Source: Antechinus flavipes (Eukaryota). From it: 64,000 bases of DNA. Shown piece by piece: positions 13,650 through 46,770 of the stretch; the first letter of the stretch is position 1, and the number at the start of each line of letters is the position of its first letter. The stretch lies in the NCBI RefSeq assembly GCF_016432865.1, contig NC_067399.1, positions 45,012,001 through 45,076,000 on the forward strand, in the 5' to 3' direction. The position numbers and the translations under genes were made by a program. The notes under the pieces were generated by a model. That model was not told where the DNA came from and ran no database searches. It saw only the letters and a program-made list of their open reading frames with translations.

Positions 13650-14700
13650 GCAACTTCCTCACCTCCACCCACGCCCTCCCGGTAAGTCAGCACAGGCGCT
13701 CAGCTCCCTCCGTGCATGTCAACACCAGCAGGGCTTCGTCGTAGCACCCCCCCAATCCGCCGTTGCTTAGCAACCCCTTAAAAGAGAAATTCTTGAGCGG
13801 AGATCATGGGTGAGGAAGCGGAAAAACGTTTTTGAAGCGCATGCGCGCAAAGCGGCTTCCACCTCGAGTTTCCGGGGGTCGGCGCGCGCTGCGCACTCAG
13901 GTTCCCGGTTCTCCCCGCAGCTCAACTGACGGAAGACACCAGCCGCTTCCTCTCCCTCTCACCCGACAGGAAATCTCCGAGCTTGGAATCACTTCCGGCT
14001 GCATTCACCAATCGTCGGCCCTCCAGTTCTGACGACAGCTCCCAGGGCTTCCTCGTCTTTGAATTCGGGAGCGAATGATTGGCTGTCAGGGAGAGTCGGA
14101 AGTCTCCGTGATTGGAGCGCAGAGAGAGGCCACTCTAGGGCTTCCTCTCTGTGGGGGTGAGCATGGCTCTGTTTCAGCTCTATGGTTTTTGGGCCGCTCT
14201 CGATGGTGCGGGTGGCCGGATAGAGCAGACGCCACGGGGCTTTGTGGGACGGGAATGGCCGCTTTCGAGACGTTCCTTTTGCCTGGGTTCTGAGGCGACG
14301 GATGTGGGACAAGTAGGGTAGCGGAACTGGCGTCTACATAGCGGGAGGGGAGCGGCCGCGAAAACCCCTGGGCGGTGTGGTGAGTGGCCGCTCTCTCTTC
14401 TCCCCAGGGTCGGCTCTGCAAGGGGCTGCGTACTGGGGCTCCCGGGTGCCGGCCCTGTCCCGGCCTGGGAAGTTCAGGGTGCCTTCCTCCAGGGCTAGTA
14501 GAACTTCCTTTGCCTTTCCGACGCTCCTTGCTTTCCTGAGGCGGCCGGCCTGGGAGGGAGAGGGATCGAATCAGGTCGGGTCCTGGCTCTGGACCTCCGG
14601 GGGTCTTCTCTATAAGAAGAGGGAGACTAGGGCCTCCCTCATACAGCGTCTCCCTCCCTTCCCACTTTGCAGTTTACTTTGTCTCGTCGGGACGTAGTCG
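13650..14700. promoter_or_regulatory. CpG island / bidirectional promoter of TXNL4B (-) and DHX38 (+)
   Basis: CpG-dense block between head-to-head genes. NRF1-type GCGCATGCGC at 13837-13846; ETS/GABP-type ACTTCCGG at 13991-13998 and CGGAAGT at 14097-14103; CCAAT at 14008-14012 and ATTGG at 14078 and 14111. Candidate DHX38 exon-1 donor GTGAGT at 14380. Confidence 0.85.
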
Positions 14701-15747
14701 TTTGCTTGTTGCTTCCTCGTTAGATTGTAAGCTCTCGGAGGGCAGGCCTGGTTTTTCCCTTATTTTGTACCCCCCAGTGCTCATCATATAGTAGGTGCTT
14801 AATAAATGCTTGCCGACTTTTGATTGACTTTGTGATCGCTTAATTAATGCTTGTTGACTACTTCTTGTGGGCTCTGGTTTAGTTTAGATTTTCCCTCTTT
14901 ACTGCACATTGATGACACCCAACCCCGTACTCTGTTTTATTGAATTTATCGTTTCCTATAGACTTGAGATTAAAAAAAAAGAAAATTCCAGCGTCTGAAA
15001 AGGAACCTAAAGGTGTTCTGCTCAGATACCCTCATTTGACAGATGGGGAAACTGAGGTCCAGAAGGAGGATGAGACTCCTTGGCAGCCACACCGTAGGGG
15101 GCAGGTCATTTCGGATTCAGCACTCTCCCCAAGTGACCCGATTTTTGGTCTTTTGGTCAGGAGTGGTCTTTGAAGGTGCCCTTGTGCAGAGCTGTGTGCG
15201 TTAATAGGGGCCACACTGCAGACCCCGATTCCTTAAAGACTCCTCTGGGTAAAGGTGCAGAGTATCAATTCTCAGGCTCTCAGAAAGGATCCTATTTTAA
15301 AGCAAGTGTGGGAGGAGGAACAAGGAAGAGTTTTGTCTTTAGTTGTCTTGGAAGATTGCTGGAGCCTTTAATTCTAATAATTCATTTAAGTAAATTACAG
15401 CATTCTGTGACCATTCTTGTTCTGTGGATAACCATGTGTAGAGTAAAGGTCTGATGAAACAGGACCGTAGGTGGGGGTGCTCTTCTCCAGAACCACTGTT
15501 AGTTTTGCACTAGAAGGGTGGAGGATAGTCATCTTTTGGTTCCTGTGGGGAGGAGGTGTTCTGTTTATTTAAGAGACTTTCCCTTCATTTGGCCTCTCCT
15601 GGCTAAAGGACTATCTTTTGGGGCTCTTTTTATATGTGTGGGTCAAAAGTAGTTCTTTTGTATATTCATTTCTGAAGTTCATTTGTTTTCCCTCCTAACC
15701 TTTGTTGCCTGATAATTTGCTTTTTCAGAGAATTCCCTAAGCTTGTG

Positions 15748-36131
<20,384 letters not shown>

Positions 36132-37223
36132 GCCAGCGCTGGATCTGTGGGAGGCCTCTAGTATCCAGGAGCCAATGCTAGCTTCCTCGCAGACCTGGTG
36201 GTGGCTGTGAATGAAACTTGTATAGACTGGTGGTTCTTGCTGAGACCCAAGATTGGAAAGCACGGTTGTCTTTTGGTGGCTTAATGACACTTTTTCATCG
36301 ACCTCTTTCCTCTGGCATGTTGGCAGGGTGATTCCTTCAGGGATGAGGAACCTCGGTCCCATGAGGGGCCGGAACCCATCTTGTCTGAGAAGGGAGGGAC
36401 ACTGCAATGCTCGGTGTATAAATGTATCTTTGCTTTGTGTCTTGTTTTTTAATCTTTGTGTAAAGCAGCAAAATGGATCTGGTGGGAATTGTAACTTGTT
36501 TACAACCCAGGAATTTGGAAATAATTTTGTTTCTAAAACTTTACTGTGTTTCTGGCTATTCCTTTGTCTTATGCTGCCCTTCAGCATCACTTTAAAGTTG
36601 GATTGGATTGCTCACATCTTTTCTTTTTATTTTTCCACAAATCCCTTGGTAGTCTTGGCTTCCTTTCTTTTTTCCCAGAAAATACCATACCTTTTCCTAT
36701 GGAGCATGCTGTATAGCTCCCCACAGAAAGGACCCTTGAGCTGGATTAGGATTAGTGAAGCTATGGTTAGCCAGCTTTGCTTTAGGTTTAGTTGGCCATG
36801 ACAAAGCATTGACTGTGCAATCATTAATGGGGTGTGTGGTGAGCAAGAAGAAATGTCTATCAGAAGAGTGGCTGTTTTAGCAAGTCCTTCATCTCCATTA
36901 CTCCCAGTTATTGGCCATTTCTGCTTCTAGACAGTTTGATTCTATTGGCTAAGTATTGCTTTATTGATTTTCTGAGAAAAGAGTTTCCTCTGTCCCCCAA
37001 TTAAAGAGGCTCTTAGTTTTGCTGAGATGTTTTTTTTTTTTTGTGTGTGTGTGTGTGTTCAGTCTTTTCACCTGCCTGGTTACATCCCTCTTAGATGTTC
37101 CCAAGACAGTGGGGTTTTTTTGGGCATTTTTTCTTAAATGAATTTTATGTTAGGAATGAATTAATGGCCTTTGTCTTATTCGACAAAGGCCAATGTTGAA
37201 CTATTCCCAAATGATCTATAACA

Positions 37224-37229
37224 AATAAA
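37224..37229 (+). terminator. Candidate DHX38 polyadenylation signal AATAAA
   Basis: First canonical AATAAA I found after the stop codon at 36131 (about 1.1 kb 3' UTR), followed by T-rich sequence. Confidence 0.45.
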
Positions 37230-37719
37230 CTATTTGTTATTCTCAAACAGGCGAAGTCCCTGGAAATTCTATTTCAGAAACTTGGTTTTCTTTTTGTTGA
37301 AGCTGTGATCCCTATTTTGTGATTGGAGTTGGAGGTCTGGCTCATACTGAGCATCAACTAGGAATGTTTGTAGGATGATCAAAGCAAATTCTGGAGTGGA
37401 ATTTTGATATCCAACCTGTTCCCAGGGTAGTTTCCTAAATTGACCTTGGTGGGAGAGCTGGAAGGATCTAGGTGGGAATGATAATCAGAGGCAACAGAGC
37501 TGAGGCCACTGGACTGGTAATTGGGAAACCTGAGTTCTCTCTAACCTTGTCTATGCCATTTCTATAACCCTAGATCAGTTAACGTTCCTCAGCTGTTTCA
37601 TCTGTAAAATGAGGTGGACAAAATGATCTCAGAAGTCTTTCATTTTTGACTTTAATGTCACCCCCTTTTAGAAGGAAAGAATTAAGTTGAATCATTTGAA
37701 TATAGTGTGGAAACTCACC

Positions 37720-37947
37720 CATCCATTTCAATCATGTCTGACACTTCTTGGTCCCATTTTTGGAAGTTTTCTTGGGAAAGATAGTGGAGTACTTTGCCAT
37801 TTCCTTCTCCAGCTCATTTTACAAATGAGGACAACTGAGGCAAACAGAATGAAGTGGCTTGCCTTGGGTCACACGGCTAATGAGTATCTGAGGTCACATT
37901 TGAACTCAGGAAGATGAGTCTTCCCAACTCGGTGCCACCTAGCTGCC
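37720..37947 (-). mobile_element. Mar1-like CORE-SINE
   Basis: gttttcttgggaaagatagtggagtactttgccatttccttctccagctcattttacaaatgagg...cacatttgaactcaggaagatgagtctt...gccacctagctgcc. Confidence 0.7.
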
Positions 37948-40024
37948 TTGAAAATGAGGTGGCTTTTTTTGCTTTCAGGGTTCTGCCAGACAGGTCAACA
38001 TTCTTATCGTGAGGCATTGCCTATTTAATCTGCAGATAGCCATTGATGTAGTTACATTTTTCTTGAATATTCCTGCCTAATGTTGAGTTTGTGGACACAG
38101 TGAAGGCTTTTAGTTTAAAAAAATAAGGCTAATTATTGGAGCATTTTATGTTTGATATGTAAGTACTAAGCTCCATAGATTACTTCACAGGTTCTCTGCT
38201 CATGCAAGCAGCTTCCTTTTCCTACTCTTACTGACTAGAGAAGGCACAAAAGTCACTTAAATATTTTACAAAGGACCTGGGATTTAAAGACATTTTGAAT
38301 AGTGAGGGCAGCTGGGATCCTTAATCATGTGGAAAATCTGATCTTTTTGGGGATTGAGAAGATCAAAATTCCTAGTGAAAGACCCCCTTTTCACTCCTTT
38401 AACTTTTTCTGTTCTTTCTCCCTACAAACCAACGCAAATGCCTCATTTAATCTTAGTTTTATGTCTGTGATTCCTGGTGAACAATTTCATTCAGTCAAAT
38501 ACTTTAAAAAATTTTGTTGAGTTTGTTTTGGCATAAGACTTCCCAATAACCTTCTACAAAGTAGGGTTTTTTAGCCATTAGAACGGAGGGTTATGTGCTT
38601 TAACCACTTTACCTTTATTCGCTATACTTTACTTTGCTACTTAATAGATTTGTAGACAGGCAACACTTGGTGAACTCTTCTAGAAACTCCAATTTTCCTG
38701 TTTTGGGGAAACAGTTTCTACACTTAACATTTCTGTGTGTCCCTCTTGTAGCCAAAGCCTCCCAGTACTGGTTTTGCTCTCAAGAGACAGTGCATTGAGT
38801 CTTCAGATTTGTGTGTGTCTCCCATAGTTTACAAATGGCTTTTTTTTTTGCAGTTTGAACTCACTACTGGTTAAAAAGGAAAGAGGATTCCTGAAGACTG
38901 AATAACTGAAGAGTCTGAATATTGTGACTGCTTTCAACATACTGACAACCAGGTGTTTTGTATTTGCAGAGGTAGTAGTAGCCCATTACAAGAAGCTGAA
39001 AATGCAACCGTCCAAATCTTTTGTTGAATTATATTTTCAGAGTAGGATCTATCATTCTTTAGAGGTTTCCTGAATAGAATGTGTCTTATACTCAAGCAAC
39101 TTCTGTGGTCTGTCATTTGGCTCATTGGAAGCTTTGTTGATCAGCTTATAACAAATTTATGACAATGAGTAAAATTCAGTCCCTTCCCATATAACTATCA
39201 CCATAAAGAATGTATCAATGTGTGGGTTTGATACTGTAGAGCCAGAAAAAGGTTTTTTTTTTTTTTTGGGGGGGGGGAGTTATTGAGTAGCAAATATATG
39301 TCTCACATAGCTCCTTTTTCCCATCTCTTCATTCTTTCCTACTTTCACTTCCCTTCCCTCCCAAGAAGTTCTCCCAAATCATCTTAAATTGAACACAAAA
39401 AGAGTTAAATGTTAAGTATTGAGAAGTGAGAGCAAGCATTTGGTTCAAAGAACATTTTTCTACTTGGTGATTCACTATGGAAAGCATGGCATTAACTATT
39501 TTTCCCCGGGTCCTGCAGATTAGGAATGTGATTTCTAGCACTCTAGTCAATGTAATGCAGTTTCAACTTCAATAAAATAATTTGGATGTCCTGTGGATTT
39601 TATTATGAGGTTTTGTGTAGGAGAAAAATATGGTTAAAAGAAAAAAAGGATAATTGGGGATTGAGGAGAAGGTAGTTAATGTGTTTTCTGCTTTCATCTT
39701 GAAAAATTTGCATTAGGGTTCACTATTGTTCCTCACATTTTTCATTTTTTGTTGGACACCCCTCCCCCCCTTTTTCCTTTTCAAAGTTTAAAGATTCTTA
39801 TATCTTTAGATCCTTTAAACTCTGAATGATTTTCTGTTGAATTAAAAAAAAAAAAAACCCAGAGGTTTGCTTTGGGAGTTATCTATGAGTGTGGTAAAAT
39901 ATTTGTCAATATAAATGAAAGAAACCTATCATTACTTTGCCCAGGATCAGAGTGAGTTAGGGCTGAGGGAATGGCTAAAGTGAGCCCTGAAATGGGCAGA
40001 AGGATCTGGAGTCTCATTGACACT

Positions 40025-40227
40025 TCTTCTGTATGAAAGACTTTTATTACAAATCTCAGTCTGATAGATGCTAATAGGATCTAAGGCTTGCTCTTCTGTG
40101 GCTCTGTGTGGACAAAGCTGAAAAGCATTTAGGAGCATAGGCAAAATAGGGTTCTTGCCATAGCAGGTCCTCAGTGGGAGTTGATTAGATAAGTCATGAG
40201 GCTGCAAACTCAGTTCTCTCCTGAGCA
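40025..40227 (-). other. Candidate terminal exon of PMFBP1 (CSGEN* plus 3' UTR with AATAAA at 40048-40043)
   Basis: Acceptor tgtcacag at 40228 is phase-0 compatible with the GTAAGG donor at 40893; stop at 40212-40210; minus-strand AATAAA about 160 nt downstream. The pyrimidine tract is weak. Confidence 0.35.
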
Positions 40228-40848
40228 CTGTGACATGAGATGATATTCAATGCAAGGAATTGTAATATCATATTGAGGAACCTAGGAGGAAGCAGAAAAT
40301 GAAAATTTTGACTTGAGAAGAAAATCACAAGTTTTGAGGCAACTGGAAATCTCAAGAGATGATTTCAAGAATGGCATCTTCCCTCTGATTTTACTCTGCA
40401 GTAGGGAAGAATGATGGAAAATTTAAAGGTAGCAGAAAAATACAATTGTAGAGTCATGATTGTTTTTTCCTCAAGAAAGATTAGGAAAAACCCATTGATT
40501 GAGGAAATCTGATCTTGTGCCTTGGCAGTGGGGTCTTAGCTAGGCTTCTCTGGTGTTTAAGGGCCTCTTAAACATTTATATTTCTAAATAAGAGTATAAG
40601 AAAATAATATAGCACCTAAGTTACATGTGAGTTAGAATTTGTGTGTGTGTTTAGCTGGCTATGAACATTCCTCTCTCCTGTGAGGTATCCTTGATTTCCT
40701 ACCTTTCTCCCTTCCCCCCAGTGGCTGGCTGCCCTTCTCTGGTGGTCAAACTGCTACTTGGTGAGCAGCACTGTGCATAGGCATTGATTCCAGCTCAAGT
40801 GATATGGCTGCCATCATTCTTTAGGGAAGCACCTCCAGTTTCCTTCCA

Positions 40849-43800
40849 TTATTTTAGTCTCCTTTTGGCCAAGGCCTGGAAAATTCTCCTTACCATCAGA
40901 TGCTCATTTTTTTGACGCCTATGATCTATTTCTTTCCTCAGCTTCTTGTTTTCATGCTGCAAATGGACCATCACGTTGTGGAGATGGCTGTGGGGAAGGA
41001 AGAGAGTGTACCAACAGTGAGGGATCAGTATGGAACACAAAGGCATCTGGGACAGATGGAGAGAGGTGCCGTTTTTAGAATGATGGAATTTTGAAAGCTG
41101 GAAGGGGAATTCAGATATCACTGAGTCTCCCTTGATAAAGAATATGGAATAGGCCCAGAGGGAAAGGATCTGTGTGAAATCATGCATCCAGGGGAGCAGC
41201 AGAGTCAGAATTGCACCAATCCTCTGATACTCTTCAGTCTAGGATCCAACTTTGTGTTTCCTTCCTTGAAATGTGGGCCGAGGGTGGGGAAGAAGAATCC
41301 CTTTGGGCTTCTTGTTAGGTTTGAATGAGAGAAGTGTCCAAGTTCTTTGTGGATCCCCTTGTCTGCCTCAGGGTAATGAATAAGGAAAGGGTATAGACAG
41401 ATTCAGTCTTCATAAACTAGGGTAACTTACTCCTTTTCATCAGTCAGTTGGCAAATGCATTTGACCTGCTCTTGGATTGTGGATCCTAATAGCTCAGTGT
41501 TGTCTCTGTAATTAAATTCACAAGCGAAAATAATAATCCAGTCTCCCCACCCTGTCTCACCCCCTTTTCTTATCTTAGACCAAAATACCATAGCTGTGTA
41601 AGATTCAAGTTTTGTGGCTGGGAAGGCTGAGTGCTTAGTTCTATATTGGCAAGAAAGAATCCTGACCCCTTCAGCTTATTCCAAGGGTTTTCATGACAGA
41701 ATCAGAGAAGTTTTGATGAAATAAAAAGAAGTGCCTTTGGGCCTAATTCTATACCAGTTGAATGCTCCAGATCACTCTGATCTAATCCTTCTCAAACTTA
41801 GTATGGGCTGGAACTGAGGGGCAGGGATTATACAGTGTTTTCATGGATACATTTGGGTCCGTGTGGAATGCCCCAGGGCAGTGAGGCTGAGCTCAAGGAT
41901 TATCTTCCTCCTTACTTTTGTTCTTTCACCCAATGATGTACATTAGATGCCACCATTTCTCTCTCCTGTTGAAGTGTCCAGGTGTCCTTGTGAGCATGCC
42001 CCAGGCTGTTCCGAAGGGCTTCCACCTGGGACAAGTAATAGGCCATATGGAAAGGCAGAAAGTGGGAAAGAGGCAGGGGAGTGGCCCCCGCTCACTCCTA
42101 AAGCTCAGGTGAGATCTATTCTCTCCCAAGGAGGAGACTAACTTTGTGCCCTACTATTTTTGTCTGAGGGCAGATCCTTAGATTTATTTCCACTAAATTG
42201 TTGTTCTACCAGGAACAGTTATGGTTGGGAAGAAGGTGGATAGGAAAAGAGGAGCTTGGCTCTTAAATGCCCAGAAGAAAATTCTCCAGCACATTCTTCC
42301 CTAAACCCCTTTTGGATTCTCGTTCTAACCAACCCTCCTCTCCCCCTCCCCCCCCCCCCCCCCCCGGTTTGGGAGTTGCTTAAGTTGTATGTTGTTCTTT
42401 GGTGTGTAAAGTGAACCTCAAATCCCAACACTCATCCTGTGTCCATGGACCCAGGAAAGAACCACATATATGGGATGTTAGAAGTGAGGTTAGAATGGGG
42501 ACCAAGAGAACCTGCAGGTGGAGAGAGGCTCATGTACCTCACAGCTAGTTGTTATATATCTGTGCTTTAAGATGGAGATTTCATCCTGTAGAAAGTCTTT
42601 CTATCAAGAAAAATCAGATGACAGTTAGAGTCTGACACCATGAACATCCCAAATCTCTTCAGTTCCCAGAGAAGACACTTCTTACTGAGCCTGGCCCCAG
42701 GGTAGGGGGCATTAGGAAACCTTGGCCCAAGGAGGCTGGCCTGTTACCCTTTTCTCTTCTTCCCGTAGGTTCTCCTTGAGGGAGGCCATTTCCACCTTAA
42801 AGATCACAAGCTGCTCATCTTTGGCTGCCAAGAACTGGAGGTCACTCTCGTGTGTCTTCTGCCAGAAGGCCAACTGATAGTTCATATCTTCGATCTGCTG
42901 AATGAAGGCTTCAACCTACGCAAGGAAGCGGAGTCCAGCGTGTGAGACAGGCCTTGGCCCGGGAGCATTCCCTGCCCAGTGGGGGGGGGAGGGGGGCGGT
43001 GCTCCATTCACTCTGGGAAGCAAGAAGGGTTAGGTCCAGTTGTTCAGGAAGAAAGCGTGGTAGAAGGCAGTGGTCACCTGAGGCCTAGGCCCTCAAGGGG
43101 CTCTGCAAACCAGCCCACAGACCCAGGGAGGGGAGAGGGGTGGACGAAGCTTGTAACTTGAGGTGCCAGGCCGTCCTGGGGCCTCTTGGGTTGGGGGAGC
43201 TCGGGAAAGCTACCGGTCTGAGCTGCACAGCCCAGGCTTGCCCCACCAGGCCGGGGAGGCGGGCCAGGCAGGACTAGGCTGGTTTTGGGAGGCAGACCGG
43301 AGCTCTTACCTCTTCCTCACTCTGCTGGTGGAAGTCCTGGAGTTTCTTCAACTCCCCATTGAGCTTTTTCATGCGATTCTTATAAGCACATGTCTCCTCC
43401 TCCAGCTGAGACTTCTTCTTCTGGGTCTGCTGTAACTCTTGGCGAAGCATGACTGCCTCCAGGTTGGCCTGATAGAGCTTTGGAGCAGAGGCCAATAAGT
43501 TGTGGTGAGACCAGCTGCAGCAGCCAACCTCCCCCCCTTAGGTTAAGGGTGAAGGACATGAGGAAAGCGTCCCCAAGAGATCCTGGACAGCATCTCATTG
43601 GAGGTTGCTTCCTTTTGGAAGGTTCTGCTTTTCTCTAGTGACAAGACCTCTAGCTAGTGCTTTTCTAGGTGGGTTAGGAAAGAGAAAGGGAGAAAGTTAA
43701 CATTTTTGTTTATTTTTGGAAAAATTTGTTAGTTTTTTTCAATTAGCAATCATTTTTTTTTTCTTCCTTTCATTTTCTCTCCCCCTACTTAAAACAGATA

Positions 43801-45922
43801 AATCAAACAAGATAAAGACCCCCTCAAAATAAATATGCATAGTTAGGGGAAACAAATTCTCACATTGGCCCAATTTCAAATGGTGGGTCTCTTTTTGTAC
43901 CAGTGAACCAGTGTAGCTGAGAAAGTTAGCTGAGAGTTATCTCTACAGATCAATACTCAGCAATAGAAAGGAATTGCCAAGAGTATTAAAAACCAACTTT
44001 TAGTTTTTTTTTTTTTTTTTTTTTTTGCTCTCAAGTTCTCTCTTTTTCTAATCATAATTGATTAGTTATACACCTTTAAGGCAATTCATCTTTATCCATT
44101 TTCCCCTTTATTTCAAGTCCATCTACACTTGGCCCTTGGTCCTCCCTGGGGCAGGATTAAGAGCAGCCAGGTGTTGGCTTTTCCTTCCTGCCTTGATGGT
44201 GGTGGTACTGTGGGAAGGGAGTATGAGAAAATCTCCTCTCCTTTGAGGTGCCACATGATTTGGCTTCCAGGTTTTGTTGAATATTTTGGTCATAGCCAGA
44301 TGCATGGCAATCCCTGCCCCTTGCTCTTCCATTAGTCCCTATCCTCTGAATCTCATGCTCTAAGCTTCTGAGAAGTGTTTCTGTACAAGGGGATAGGAGG
44401 TTATTTCCTAACCTTCTCCAAAGCCTCCTTCAGATTGTCTTGATAAGCATCTGATGACTTTTGAGGTGGCTCCGGAAGGGAGGGAGTATCTTTGAGCTCA
44501 TTCTTTTGATCCTGTTTTTCAGGCTTTTGCTGATCCTTTTCTTGTTTCAGAGGTTCTTTCTGGCACATCACCTTGAAGAAGGGAACACCATCATCCATTT
44601 TCCAACTCTCACCACTAAGTACTTTTAGAGGTCTTGGGTTGGATACTCTTGTGAAATCTATTGTGGCTTGTTTTTAAGCTCTATTGATGGCTAATTTTCT
44701 TTGGGATTATGTTTCCCATTTTTAGGAGTTTGGGGCTTGGTACATGATATGTTCAAAGGAGTCTTTCATGAGTACTCTGGATTAAGTATGAAGGTACAGC
44801 CTTGTGTACTTAACATAACTTCCTAGAACTGCTGCTTTCTAGGATGATTTTTCTTAGTGTTAGAAATAACAAGAATGTATTCCCTAAAGTCAGACTTAAT
44901 AGGAAAACTTTACACCCAGGCCTTAGAGCAAGCTATGTAATATGTTATTTAGAGAAATGTGCTTCATTTGGAATTGGAAGATCTATTATTTGCACTTACC
45001 TCATAGGATTGTTGTGAAGATCCAATGAAATACACACATACAGTACTTTATAAATGCTTGACACTGTTATGATGTTAAAAGTTTGGTTGGCTAAGCCTTT
45101 ACCCTATCTTTGTATGAATAGGAAGGAAACCTAACCATGGGTATTGTATGCTTGGCTCTCCATCTGCATTACATCTGCATATATACACCCCACCCATACA
45201 CACACACACACATCCATACACATACACACACACACACATCTATTGTCTTTCAATGCTGTATTCCCTTTTATCCATTGCAGTGGATAAAATGAAATTTTGG
45301 ATTTATAGCACCTATTCTTGTGGAACCTCAAGATATTTTATCTTAAGAATTACTGTGTTGAGAAACAAGACGAATATTGTCTAACTTGTTAATACAAATA
45401 GCTGTAGGATAAGAATTCCTAATATTAAATTATTTGGTCTTCTGTCAAGAAAAATGTTTTCTCCAGAGAAGCTAAGGAATATGGATTCAGAGGAAATGAA
45501 GGGATCCCTAAAAAGTCTGGAGGTTAATGCTAAGAGCTTGAGAAATTGACAAGATTGAAAAATTCCAACATAAAGGTGAAATACAAAAAAGATATAGTTA
45601 TGAGGACAGACACACTGGAAGCCAAAGTAGAAGTCAATGAGAAATATGTTAGAGGTGCTATCATGTTCTAAAGTGACCAGAGAAATCAGGATTCATTTCA
45701 CTTCCATAATGGAGGAGAGTCAGAGCTTCTCTGTGATTTACCTGGGGAATGATTCCCCAACATCCAGTTCTTTGCAAGGCTCACCTCATTTTCCTTCACC
45801 TCGGTCGCCTTCTCAGCAGTCTCGAGTTTGTTTGCAGTTGAATCCAATTGCTTTGTACAATGTTTCAGTGCATCCCGGAGGATCTCGTTCTCCTCCTCTA
45901 GTTTACCCACTTTCTCCTTCTC
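40849..45922 (-). CDS. PMFBP1: Polyamine-modulated factor 1-binding protein 1, 3' coiled-coil exons (45922-45785, 44571-44413, 43468-43310, 42915-42748, 42025-41916, 41505-41431, 40987-40894); the 5' part runs through the repeat array and beyond the window
   Basis: Phase-compatible GT-AG exons encode EKEKVGKLEEENEILRDALKHC.., ..AYQDNLKEALEK, ..KKSQLEEETCAYKNRMKKLNGELKKLQDFHQQSEEE, VEAFIQQIEDMNYQLAFWQKTHESDLQFLAAKDEQL..MASLKENL.., ..HWVKEQK, DNTELLGSTIQEQVKCICQLTDEKD and HLHNVMVHLQHENKKLRKEI... These match the recalled human PMFBP1 C-terminal half. The position is syntenic and convergent with DHX38. The terminal exon is uncertain. Confidence 0.85.
45196..45238. repeat. Interrupted (CA)n microsatellite
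   Basis: catacacacacacacacatccatacacatacacacacacacac. Confidence 0.8.
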
Positions 45923-46662
45923 CTACTCCCTCATTGATCAAATGAGATAATATATGTAAAGTACATTGCAACTCTTAAAGCATTATAAATGTGACCTGTT
46001 TACTAGTATTGTGATTTTAAAAGCAAAGTGCATACTTGCTACTCTTCTCTATAATTCTTCCTTTTCTCCTGTGATACCTTGACCCTTTTCTCTAGCTTCA
46101 TTGACTATCTTTTAATTCTTCTAAAAAATTTCTCTCTTGCAAATAAAAATGGGGCAAGTTTAGTTGGAAAAGAAATGATCTTGGTTTTCCTTTTCCTTTC
46201 TTCCTCATTTTAGAAATTAGGGTTGGTAACTATCTACTTCCACTCTTATCCATTTCCCCTTTGACTTCCATGTTTAAAAACAACCAGCAAATAATTAGCC
46301 ATTGCCACATGTAACTAAAATAGGGTTAGGAAAGGCCATGATTGGGAATTGGCTTGGGGAATTCTACTAAAGTAGTCGATCAATTATCAATATTAAAACC
46401 CTCCCTATATAAAGAAAGAAGCTGACTATCTTTGAGTCATTAATTGAGATGTATAAGTGAAACCCTGAATTGACAAGTGACTAGATAGGGGTGAATGATG
46501 ACCAAGAAGCCTAGAAAGGAGCTTGGTCATAGGATTTGAGGTATTACTTATTTACTGGGTAGTGGTACATCTATGACAAAGGATGGGTGACCTTCAATAT
46601 ACAATCATTGCTCAGAGCTGTTCCTCTTTCCCACCATTTGTGGTGCTCTTGGATCTGCTCAC

Positions 46663-46770
46663 CTTTTCTACCTGCTCTTGGATCTTTTCAACAGCACAAA
46701 GCTTTCTTGAAGGTGAATCACATTGCTGAGTCTCAGCCTCAGGTTCATTTAATTTGTCCTTTTTTGACTC
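46663..46770 (-). CDS. Repeat exon A (108 nt, open; weak AAG acceptor): ESKKDKLNEPEAETQQCDSPSRKLCAVEKIQEQVEK
   Basis: Open phase-0 frame and GTGAGC donor; the consensus TAG acceptor is mutated to TCA, so an upstream AAG is assumed. Confidence 0.35.

Noticed and set aside
42340-42366. Long C run (also at about 55235-55260) as a functional G-quadruplex element
   Set aside because: Intronic homopolymers with no supporting context, and their length is unreliable in short-read assemblies.
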